From an uncultured Candidatus Binatia bacterium (GTDB lineage Bacteria > Desulfobacterota > Binatia > Bin18), in NCBI GenBank assembly GCA_965200965.1, contig OZ241744.1, forward strand, positions 1,760,001 through 1,824,000: a stretch of DNA of 64,000 nt, written 5' to 3'. Position 1 is the first letter of the stretch; every line of letters starts with the position of its first letter. The notes under the pieces are model-generated. The model was not told the origin of the DNA and made no database searches. It was given only the letters and a program-made list of their open reading frames with translations. This document shows positions 40,165-49,088 of this stretch, one piece after another. The translations under genes and the position numbers were made by a program.

Positions 40165-41952
40165 TCACAACCCCAGGGCGTGGAGCTTGTGGCCCGGGAT
40201 TGTCCCGTCCGGCCGCCAGCCGCGAGCCTGATAATAGCTCTGGATCATGCGCCGCAACTCATCCGGGGTGAGGCCGACGCCGGCGACCGGCCCGCCCGGC
40301 AGGGTCTCGTTCAGCAGCCGGGGCGGCAGCCAGTCGTCCTGGGGCTGCCAGCCCTCGCGGATGTTGAAGCGCTTTTTGAGGCTGGTGATACGCTCGCCGA
40401 CCTGGCACAGCTCGTGGGCCGACACCGGCCAGCCGGTGACACACTCCAGCAGCCGGGCCGTCTCGGGGTAGAAGTCGTCAAAGCATTTGCGCAGAAACTT
40501 GCACACGATCAGCGAGTCCAGGACCGCGGCAAAATCCTCGGAGGCGGCCACGAACTGACCCCGGCTGTCATCGACCCGCAGGCGGTCAACCTGACCGGAA
40601 AAATCGGCCTCATAGGCCCCAGACCGGTTATGGCAGGCCCCGCGCGGGCTGACCGCCAGCCCCAGGGCCATGGTCTTGAGGCTGCGCGGCTCATAGCCGG
40701 GCAACTCCATGCCCTTGACCTGCACGGTCAAGCGCTCGGCCTCCGGCCCCAGCCGGCCCGCGGCCCGCTTGGATCCCTCGGCCAGCAGCACGCCCTGGTC
40801 ACGGCGCTCGCCAATAGCCGCAATTGTCGCCAACAGGGCCCCGGTCCGGCCAAAGCCCAGCCCTGCGTCCTGGGGAAACAGGCCCTTTTCGGCGCATTCC
40901 ATAGCCCAGGCGATGGTGCCGCCGGTGCTGATCGTGTCCAGACCGTAGTGGTCGCACAGGCCAGCCGCTTGCAGCACAACCTCGGGGTCCGCAATCCCGC
41001 ACAGCGGGCCTAGCGCAAACAAGGTTTCATACTCAAGCCGCTGCTCTGCGCCGCTCCTGGCCTTGAACAGGCGCTCGCAGCGAATCGTACACGACGCGCA
41101 GCCATGGGCGCGGCTGAAATTGGTGTCCAGCAGGGCCTCACCGCTCAGGGCTTCTGCCCCGGCAAAGCTGGACTGCTGAAAATTGCGGGTCGGCAGGCTG
41201 CCCAGGCGGTTGAATACCGACAGGTTGGCCACCGTGCCAAGCTCCCGGTATTTGGCGGTCAGCGGGCCGCGGCTGCGCCGGCGCAAGGCCGCGGCCAGCG
41301 CCTCAACGCCGGCCGGGTCCGCCACCGCAGTCTTATGCTGGCCACGCAGAGCAATCGCCTTGAGGTTTTTTGCCCCCATCACCGCCCCCACCCCACCCCG
41401 GCCGGCATGACGGCCCTCGTTGCTGATGGTGGCAAAACGGACACGGTTTTCCCCCGCCGGGCCGATTGCCGCAATACGCGCCTCGGCGGTGTTGAGAGCC
41501 GCCCGCAGCGCGGTCTCGGTCTCCCTGGCGCTCTTGCCCCACAACCCCGCGGCTTCACGGAGTTCGACCTGTTTGTCGGAAATCCAGACCCAGACCGGTT
41601 CCCTGGCCCGACCGCTGATGAGCAGCGCGTCAACGCCGAGGCGTTTGAGTTCCAGGGCGAAGAAACTTGAGGACAGTGAATCGGCGATACAGCCGGTCAG
41701 CGGCGATTTGGTCACCACCGCCAGCTTGGCCGTGGTGGTCAGCCCGCTGCCAACGAGGGGCGCGCTGGCAAAGATCAGCGGATTGTCCGCGGCAAACGGC
41801 TCAACCCCGGCCGGCGCATAGTCGTACAGCAGGCTTGTGCCAAGCCCGACCCCGCCCAGAAAGGCACGCAGACGCGATTCTTCCAGGGAACGCCAGTTGG
41901 CACGCCGGCGCGACAGATCGATGTGCAGCAAGCGGCCGTGGAATCCGTACAC
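40165..41952 (-). CDS. Aldehyde:ferredoxin oxidoreductase (W/Mo-pterin AOR family)
   Basis: KSPLTG, IGPAGEN, GRGGVGAVMGAKNLKAI, CxxCxxxC, EYET, GLDTIS and RGACH. Confidence 0.93.
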   Translation of the reverse strand: MYGFHGRLLHIDLSRRRANWRSLEESRLRAFLGGVGLGTSLLYDYAPAGVEPFAADNPLIFASAPLVGSGLTTTAKLAVVTKSPLTGCIADSLSSSFFALELKRLGVDALLISGRAREPVWVWISDKQVELREAAGLWGKSARETETALRAALNTAEARIAAIGPAGENRVRFATISNEGRHAGRGGVGAVMGAKNLKAIALRGQHKTAVADPAGVEALAAALRRRSRGPLTAKYRELGTVANLSVFNRLGSLPTRNFQQSSFAGAEALSGEALLDTNFSRAHGCASCTIRCERLFKARSGAEQRLEYETLFALGPLCGIADPEVVLQAAGLCDHYGLDTISTGGTIAWAMECAEKGLFPQDAGLGFGRTGALLATIAAIGERRDQGVLLAEGSKRAAGRLGPEAERLTVQVKGMELPGYEPRSLKTMALGLAVSPRGACHNRSGAYEADFSGQVDRLRVDDSRGQFVAASEDFAAVLDSLIVCKFLRKCFDDFYPETARLLECVTGWPVSAHELCQVGERITSLKKRFNIREGWQPQDDWLPPRLLNETLPGGPVAGVGLTPDELRRMIQSYYQARGWRPDGTIPGHKLHALGL

Positions 41953-41992
41953 ACCGCCCTTGTAGAAAATTGGCAGACAAAAAGAAACAATG

Positions 41993-42026
41993 GGGAAGGC
42001 GTCTTATTTTCGACCTGTGCCTTTCC
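41993..42026 (-). repeat. Degenerate GNRA-hairpin element, copy F
   Basis: Minus strand reads GGAAAGGC-ACAGGTC GAAA ATAAGA-C-GCCTTCCC; the GG after the tetraloop is replaced by AT. Confidence 0.45.
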
Positions 42027-42035
42027 GTCTCTTCT

Positions 42036-42941
42036 TCACCCGCCCGCATCGCTCGACACAATCAGCACACTATCTCCGTCCCGCAGCGGAGCGCGCATGT
42101 CGGTGATAAACGCTTGGCCGTTCACATTGCACGCAAAGCCCGGTCCCAGCCGCTGGGCGTCCTGGCTCAGCACCGACCCGCGCAGGGCTGGAAGCCGGTC
42201 TGCCAAGGCGGCCAACACAGCACCGAGGTCAGCCCCGGACGGGAGGTTCAGAGACACCCGACCGGTCCGGGCTTTGAGCCGGGCGACCCCGAATAACTCA
42301 ACCGTACAGGCGATAGGGTAAGCGCTCGGGCGCAGACGCGGCCACAGTTCCAGGGCGGCCTGATAATCCTGGGGGCTGTTCAGATTGCGGAAGCTGTGGC
42401 CGTCGGGATCGAACCCGCGGAGTTCTTCGGAGCTGACCCGCCTGGTCCGAACGGTGTCGTACAGGGCAACAGGTCGCAGCTGGCCGCGTTCGAGCTGGGA
42501 TTGCAGCAGGGGAATGACGCTGCGCCGGTAGACCGCGTGCAAGGGCTGCAAGCGGTCCTGCCATACCGGGACCACCACGTCATAGCCGTCGCTCAGCGCA
42601 ATCAGCCGCGCCACCAGTTCCAGGTTCAGAAACGGCGCGTCGCACGAGCTCACAAAACAGACGGCCCGGCGGGCGGCCTGTAAGCCGTAATAGATCCCCC
42701 CGACCGGTCCCTGATAGGCAAGCGCATCGTGGACAAGCGTTACCGGGAGCTGCGGCAGGTCTTGTCCTGGGGCGGCCACCACCACGATATCGGCAAAGCG
42801 GGTGGCCAAGTGTCGTACTGTATGGACGATCAGCGGCTTGCCGGCAAACGGCAGCAGCGCCTTGGGCCGGCCCATGCGCGAGCTTTTGCCGCCGGCCAGG
42901 ATCAGGGCCGAGGCGTCGGGCAGGGGTATCGGGCCATTCAT
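42036..42941 (-). CDS. MobA-like nucleotidyltransferase fused to a C-terminal MoaD/ThiS domain
   Basis: LAGGKSSRMG.PKA and SCDAP, then VELFG..NVNG..LRDGD..AGG at the C-terminus. Confidence 0.88.
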   Translation of the reverse strand: MNGPIPLPDASALILAGGKSSRMGRPKALLPFAGKPLIVHTVRHLATRFADIVVVAAPGQDLPQLPVTLVHDALAYQGPVGGIYYGLQAARRAVCFVSSCDAPFLNLELVARLIALSDGYDVVVPVWQDRLQPLHAVYRRSVIPLLQSQLERGQLRPVALYDTVRTRRVSSEELRGFDPDGHSFRNLNSPQDYQAALELWPRLRPSAYPIACTVELFGVARLKARTGRVSLNLPSGADLGAVLAALADRLPALRGSVLSQDAQRLGPGFACNVNGQAFITDMRAPLRDGDSVLIVSSDAGG

Positions 42942-45247
42942 GTGGTCTGGCCCGAAAGCGGCTCAGCCGGGCGGTTGAGCGACTGGAGTTGAAGCGGAAT
43001 CAGCGTGTTCGCCAGGCTGAGGCCCAGCATATACAGGCCCATCTCGGTCTGGAGGCGCAGCGGCGACAGCAGCCACACCAGGGCCGCCCCGGCGCTGACA
43101 ATGGCCAGGGCTGTCAGGGCAGAGCCGAGCCAGTCCCAGGCCGGGGCGTGGTCGGCCGTGTCTGTGTCGCGCAGGGCCAGACTGGCCGGTAGAATGACCG
43201 TGCCCAGAGCGACCAGGACAACCGGCAGGGTGTGCATATTGAGATCGATATTGGCCACCCACAGCACGATCAGCATCACCGCTTGCGACAGAACAACGGC
43301 CAAGCTGAGCAGGCCAGCCGCGCGCATGCTGCCCAGGCCGATCAGCCCGCCGCAAAACGCCAGACCAAGCAAGGCGCTCAACAGAGACCAGTAGCTGCAC
43401 GCTACCCCGGTGTGGATGGCGGCCACCACCCCAAGCAGGCCGCCGCCAGAGCGAAACTCAACCGGCATACCCGTATTGGGTCCCTCAAAGGACCGGAGGC
43501 GGGCCAGGGCGCGCTTGACCAGCCCCGGAGAATAGTCCCGATAGAAGAGCGTGACCGCGGTGGTGCGGAAGTCGGTTGACAGAAAGCTCCCGACCTCGCT
43601 CGGCGTGGTTGCTCCGGCCACGATCCGAAAGATGATCTGTCCGGTTGAGCTGATATCGTCGGGCAGCATCGCCCATTTGGGAATGTTTTCGTGAAACATA
43701 CGGGTGATGGACTTCACAAAACCGGGGACTGCTACCGCGCCACCAAACTGCCGGTCGGCGGCCATGTGGAGCTGAAACGCTTCAAGGACTTGCAGGGCAC
43801 CAAGATCACGAAACCCGGCCTCACCGGGCGTATGGGCGACCACGATCAACTGATTGACACCAATGAAATGTTGGTTGAGCAGGCCGAAGGCGCGGCTATA
43901 CGGATGCCCGGTCGGAAAAAGCCGACTGCCCAGCATCGACCGCCCGGCTTCGAGTTGAAGGGCGGCCAGCAGGCCGAAAAAGGCAAGCGCAATACATCCC
44001 GTCCGGGTCAGCGCGCGGGTCTGAGCGAGGCTGCGCAAGCGCGGAGTAAAGCGGGCGATCAGCGGCAGCTCTCCGCGGCCGAGCGCGCCGTACCGAAAGC
44101 CGGCAGACCACGCCGGGAGGACCAGCCACACCGACATCAGCAGGCCAAGCAGCCAACCTGTACCCAGCAGACCAAAGGTGCGGACGGCTGGCACGTCCGA
44201 CCACCACGCCACCACCCCAAGAGACAGCCCGTCAATCAGCACCGCCGAGGTACACGGAGGCCACAGCGCCCGGGCGGTCCGGACGACCGCCTGAGGGGGT
44301 GTATTCTGTCGCTCAGAACTCGTCTGCCACTCGCTCGTCACCCGGCTCGTCCAGCCCAGCACCAGGCACAGGCCGCGGCCGGCCAGGGGAAAAAGCATGA
44401 GCCAGGCGAGCGGTTCAAACGAACGTCCAGCCATCCCCAGCAGGCCGAGTCCACCCGCGGCAGCCAGGCCCGAGACGATCAGCAGTCCGCCCACCGTATG
44501 GACCACCCCCGGCAGGATGCCACACACGCCGGCCAGCAGGAGCGCGGCCAGGGCGCTGAGCACCAGCACCAGCAGCACACGCGGGCCGGCCTCCATCAAC
44601 CAGCCGGCCAGGACGATGTTGCCGGCAAAGGCCACCTCGGTGTTGACATCTCGCTCTTGTGCGGCAAAGCGCCGCAGCCGACTAAACACGCGGTAAGGGT
44701 TGACCTCGGCGTCCCAAAAGCCGGCCCGGATGAGTGCGGTTTTATTATCCTCCGACACATACACGCCGCGGATGCCCAGGTTGGTGTACACCGCGTTCTT
44801 GATCCGGGCCAGTTCCTGCGGGCTCTGGGTCTGGCCAGGCGTGCGGACAACGGGCAGGATATTGATCATCCCGTCGCGGATTTTGATATCTGTCAGCCGA
44901 CTGTGGGTGAGGGACAGGACCTCGTGCGGGTTGACCCCTTTGGTTTCGAGCAGTCCGACCGTCAGGCGATGAATCTTCCCCAGCGTCTCGGTATTGTACA
45001 GGTCGCCGTCTTTGACCGAGACCAGCACGACCACGGCATTGGTCATCCGCAACATCTCGGGGAAGTCCTGATACAGACGGATATGGGGGTGCCGGTCGGG
45101 GTAATAGTCCGTTATGCTGGTGAGCAGCCTGAGCTGTTGAGCGGAGGATGCTCCCCACACGAGCACCACTGCGGCTACCGGGATGGCCAGCCACCGCCGG
45201 CGCAGCAAAAACCGACAATATCGCTCTGCCCACCCGTCTCCAGGCAT
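42938..45247 (-). CDS. MMPL/RND family transporter, divergent paralogue
   Basis: Colinear similarity to 46486-48981 (GVNP..LSLTH, ALI.AGFW, IPKWA..P, GGLLGV.AAI). Confidence 0.8.
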   Translation of the reverse strand: MPGDGWAERYCRFLLRRRWLAIPVAAVVLVWGASSAQQLRLLTSITDYYPDRHPHIRLYQDFPEMLRMTNAVVVLVSVKDGDLYNTETLGKIHRLTVGLLETKGVNPHEVLSLTHSRLTDIKIRDGMINILPVVRTPGQTQSPQELARIKNAVYTNLGIRGVYVSEDNKTALIRAGFWDAEVNPYRVFSRLRRFAAQERDVNTEVAFAGNIVLAGWLMEAGPRVLLVLVLSALAALLLAGVCGILPGVVHTVGGLLIVSGLAAAGGLGLLGMAGRSFEPLAWLMLFPLAGRGLCLVLGWTSRVTSEWQTSSERQNTPPQAVVRTARALWPPCTSAVLIDGLSLGVVAWWSDVPAVRTFGLLGTGWLLGLLMSVWLVLPAWSAGFRYGALGRGELPLIARFTPRLRSLAQTRALTRTGCIALAFFGLLAALQLEAGRSMLGSRLFPTGHPYSRAFGLLNQHFIGVNQLIVVAHTPGEAGFRDLGALQVLEAFQLHMAADRQFGGAVAVPGFVKSITRMFHENIPKWAMLPDDISSTGQIIFRIVAGATTPSEVGSFLSTDFRTTAVTLFYRDYSPGLVKRALARLRSFEGPNTGMPVEFRSGGGLLGVVAAIHTGVACSYWSLLSALLGLAFCGGLIGLGSMRAAGLLSLAVVLSQAVMLIVLWVANIDLNMHTLPVVLVALGTVILPASLALRDTDTADHAPAWDWLGSALTALAIVSAGAALVWLLSPLRLQTEMGLYMLGLSLANTLIPLQLQSLNRPAEPLSGQTT

Positions 45248-45469
45248 ACCCCCTCCTGAAAAAGCGCACTGAGTATACCACTCTGATTGTTGAGGGGCGA
45301 GGGATTCCAGTTCACGGGCTGGCCCCCAGCCTGAAATCCATCTGACTTACCAGTGAGAAATTCAGACCGGGCTGTTGACAATGCTTTCTCCCCTGGTCTA
45401 AGAGGGGGCACCTGTAGGGATGACGCCTGCGTTGCCCCTGTACGCCACATCGGGGGAGGAATTCGGTCC

Positions 45470-46447
45470 ATGATGAGGAATGCTTTTGCACTCCGCCACC
45501 TGTTGGGAGCCGTCCTTACGCTGGTACTTGTCGGCGGCTCTTCACGCGCCGCGAGCGCACAGCCGGTCGAGCGCATCCGCGACCATATCTATGCCACCTT
45601 TCTGTTCAACGCCGAAAAAGCCTGGGCGGTCGGCAGTTTTGGCTCCATCTACCACAGCACCGACGGCGGCCGGCGGTGGGAAAAACAGGACAGCGGCTCT
45701 ATTGATCCCTTGTACGGCGTCAGTTTTGTCGCCGAACACGAGGGCTGGATCTCGGGCAAGTCGGGGCTCATCCTCCACACGACCGACGGCGGGAAAAGCT
45801 GGCAGCGCCAGATCACCGGCACAACCCATCACCTGTTCAATCTCACCTTTGTGGACAAGCAGCGTGGCATTGCGGTCGGAGACTACGGTATCGTCCTGCA
45901 AACCGCCGACGGCGGCAAGAGTTGGACTGACCGTTCCCTTGGTGAGGATATTTTCCTCTACGGGGTCACCATGCACCCCTCGGGCAAAGCCTGGGTGGCC
46001 GGCGAGATGGGCGTCATCTTAGTCAGCGAAGACAGCGGGGCGACCTGGACCAAAAAAGAAACCGGTACCGAAAGCTCACTCCTGGGCGTGAGTTTTGTTG
46101 ACGAAAACCGGCTGTGCGCCGTGGGTATGGACGGCACGATTGTACAGAGCAGCGACAGCGGTCAGACCTGGCAGCGGTATGAGAGTCCGATCCAGACCGC
46201 GCTGTACAACCTGGCCCTCAACGGCCAGACCGGCTGGGCGGTTGGCGATGAGGGCGTGATCCTGCACTCGAGCGATGGGGGCAGGAACTGGAAGCTGTTT
46301 GACACGCCCGAAGAATTGGCCCTGTACTGGATGATGGGCCTGTCGCTGAGCCCGTCCGACTCCAAAGGCGTTATTGCCGGCTCGAACGGGTTGGTCCTGC
46401 GGATTGACGGCAATGGCGTTGATTACGGCAGCCGGTTTACACGCTAG
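45470..46447 (+). CDS. YCF48/BNR-repeat beta-propeller protein
   Basis: Repeated S/T.DGG..W Asp-box motifs; signal peptide; GGAGG RBS. Confidence 0.88.
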   Translation: MMRNAFALRHLLGAVLTLVLVGGSSRAASAQPVERIRDHIYATFLFNAEKAWAVGSFGSIYHSTDGGRRWEKQDSGSIDPLYGVSFVAEHEGWISGKSGLILHTTDGGKSWQRQITGTTHHLFNLTFVDKQRGIAVGDYGIVLQTADGGKSWTDRSLGEDIFLYGVTMHPSGKAWVAGEMGVILVSEDSGATWTKKETGTESSLLGVSFVDENRLCAVGMDGTIVQSSDSGQTWQRYESPIQTALYNLALNGQTGWAVGDEGVILHSSDGGRNWKLFDTPEELALYWMMGLSLSPSDSKGVIAGSNGLVLRIDGNGVDYGSRFTR

Positions 46448-46485
46448 AGCTTGTCCGTTCCGTTTTCTGCTCCAAGGAGGGTCTT

Positions 46486-48981
46486 ATGCTCCCGCGCAGA
46501 TGGATGGAAGCCTACATCCACTTTCTCCTCAGATTTCGCTGGTATGTGCTTGTCGGCCTGACGATTGCCACCTTGTTTCTGGGCTTTCATGTGACCAAGA
46601 TGCAGGTCCAGCCCAACTTCTTTGACTTTTATCCGCCGACCCACGAATACATCCAGCTGTACCAGGAGTACCGGCGGATGTTTGGCACGGCCAACATCCT
46701 GAGTGTTGTCATTGAGGCCACGGAGGGCGATATCTTCAATGTCCACTCGATCAATCAAATCGACAAGGCGACCCGCCGTGTGCTGGAAACCGCGGGGGTC
46801 AATCCATATCAGATTCTGTCGTTGACCCATCCCAAGATGCGCAATATTCAGATCAGCGGGCCGGCTATTACCGCCTACCCGATCATGTATCCGGCCCCGC
46901 CGAAAACGTCCGACGACGTCAAACCGATCAAAAAGGCGGTGTATACCAACGAAGGCGTGCATCGCTTCTATGTTGCCGAGGACAACACTTCGGCACTCAT
47001 CACGGCCGGCTTCTGGGAAGAGGGCATTGACTTTGAGAACCTGTTCAGCCGCATGCAGACCCTCAAGACGGAGCTGGAGGCTGACGGCAAGCATCGGGTG
47101 TACGTCACCGGCTTCCCCATGCTGTACGCCTGGGTGTTCAGCTACAAGAACGCCATCCTGTTTGTCATCGGCCTGACCGCGGCCGTCATTCTAGGCATGC
47201 TGTGGTTCTACTTCCGCACCTTTACCGGGGTGTGGGTGCCGCTGTTTTCGGGCCTGTTGAGTTCGGTCTGGGCCTTGGGTTTTGCCGGCTATTTTGGCTT
47301 TAACCTTGACCCGCTGGTCCTGGTCGTGCTGGTCCTGATTACCGCCCGGGCGCTGTCCCACTCGGTCCAGTCAATGGAACGCTATCACGAGGAATACCAC
47401 CGCCTCCGGAACAAACAGGAAGCCATTCTGTCGTCATATTTGAGCCTGTTCAGCCCGGCCCTGGTGTCGATCGCCTCGGACGGACTGGCCATTCTGACCC
47501 TGGCGGTGGCCCATATTCCGCTGATTCAGAAGCTGGCCTATGTGTCGAGTTTCTGGATCTTTACCATCTCCATCAGCGTCGTCACCCTGCACCCGATCAT
47601 CCTGTACTTTATTCCCCCGCCGCCCCACGACCCCAAAGCGGGTCAGCGGTTTTCGGACACGCTGTACAACACGATCAATCGCTTCATGGTCACGATCAGC
47701 TATGGCGGCTATCGCTGGGCGGTGATCGGGTCCTTCTCAGTCGCCCTGCTGGGCGGCATGTTCTACGCCCGCTATCTCAAGATCGGCGATGTGTCGATCG
47801 GCAAAGCCCTGCTGTACGACACCCACGAGTATAACGTGTCCTACGACAAGGTGAACGACCAGTTTGTGGGCGCGTCACGCCTGATCGTGATTGCCGAAGG
47901 CCAGCGCGAGGGCGCGATTAAAGACCCCGAGACACTGCTGACCCTGGAGAAGTTCCAGCGCTATATGCAGGAGCAGGAGATGGTCGGCGGCAGCATCAGC
48001 ATCACCACCTGGGCCCGGCGGCTGTACCAGCTCTTTCAACTCGGCATCCCCAAATGGGCTATCATCCCCAACAACCCGCGCGACGTGGGCAATATCTTCT
48101 ATCAGTTCCTGAACACGGTCGGCTCGGACGATCTCGACCGCTTCATCGACAAAACCTCAACCAACGCCACCGTCACAATTTATTACAAGGACTACAACCA
48201 CGCCACTGTCACCGGCTCGATCGCCATGGCCGAGGAGTTCATCTACAACAATCCGGTCGAAGACCTGAACTTCCGGCTGGCCGGCGGTCTGCTCGGGGTG
48301 CTGGCGGCCATCAACGACGAGGTTGAATGGTCGTACAAGTGGAATCTGATCCTGGTCATGGTCACGGTCTTTACCCTGAGTATGCTGACCTACGCCTCGG
48401 TGGTCGGCGCGCTGATTGTGATGATTCCGTCGATTGTGGCCCAGCCGCTGTCCGAGGGCCTGATGTACGCCATGGGCATTGACGCCAATATCAACTCGCT
48501 GCCGGTTGCCGCGGTCGGCATCGGCATCGGGATTGACTACGGCTATTATGTGCTGTCACGGATTGTCGAGGAGTACCAGAGGTTTGGCGACCACGACCGG
48601 GCCATTGAAGAGGCCCTGATGACCACCGGGCGGGCGATCATGTTTACCGGCACGACGCTGACCGTCAGCGTCATTTTCTGGATCTTTTTCCCCATGAAAT
48701 TCCAGTCGGAAATGGCCGTGCTGCTGACCCTGCTGTTGTTCTTCCATGTGGTCGGGGCGCTGGCCTTTATTCCCGGGACGGTTTCCCTGCTCAAGCCACG
48801 CTTTCCCCTGCCCAACAAGGTCATGCTGGTCATTCTGGCCTGTATTGCCGCTCCATCAGCAGCCCTGGTCTACACCAACTATGCCGACCTGCTGAGCCTG
48901 GGCATTCTGGCCCTGGTTGTGGCCGTAGGTGAGCATATGTGGTCGACCCGTCATAATATCGGTATGGAGTTGCGCGTTTAG
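46486..48981 (+). CDS. MMPL/RND family transporter
   Basis: Two-fold repeated TM architecture; GIGIGIDYGYY and TTGRAI. Confidence 0.92.
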   Translation: MLPRRWMEAYIHFLLRFRWYVLVGLTIATLFLGFHVTKMQVQPNFFDFYPPTHEYIQLYQEYRRMFGTANILSVVIEATEGDIFNVHSINQIDKATRRVLETAGVNPYQILSLTHPKMRNIQISGPAITAYPIMYPAPPKTSDDVKPIKKAVYTNEGVHRFYVAEDNTSALITAGFWEEGIDFENLFSRMQTLKTELEADGKHRVYVTGFPMLYAWVFSYKNAILFVIGLTAAVILGMLWFYFRTFTGVWVPLFSGLLSSVWALGFAGYFGFNLDPLVLVVLVLITARALSHSVQSMERYHEEYHRLRNKQEAILSSYLSLFSPALVSIASDGLAILTLAVAHIPLIQKLAYVSSFWIFTISISVVTLHPIILYFIPPPPHDPKAGQRFSDTLYNTINRFMVTISYGGYRWAVIGSFSVALLGGMFYARYLKIGDVSIGKALLYDTHEYNVSYDKVNDQFVGASRLIVIAEGQREGAIKDPETLLTLEKFQRYMQEQEMVGGSISITTWARRLYQLFQLGIPKWAIIPNNPRDVGNIFYQFLNTVGSDDLDRFIDKTSTNATVTIYYKDYNHATVTGSIAMAEEFIYNNPVEDLNFRLAGGLLGVLAAINDEVEWSYKWNLILVMVTVFTLSMLTYASVVGALIVMIPSIVAQPLSEGLMYAMGIDANINSLPVAAVGIGIGIDYGYYVLSRIVEEYQRFGDHDRAIEEALMTTGRAIMFTGTTLTVSVIFWIFFPMKFQSEMAVLLTLLLFFHVVGALAFIPGTVSLLKPRFPLPNKVMLVILACIAAPSAALVYTNYADLLSLGILALVVAVGEHMWSTRHNIGMELRV

Positions 48982-49088
48982 CATCAACTTGACAAGGCAA
49001 TTGCCGGGGGTGTATGAAGCGGCGGCAACGGAGGGAGGGCGCTGGCTGGGCGAGAGGCCAGACATACCACACCAAAGGAGGGTTTCTT

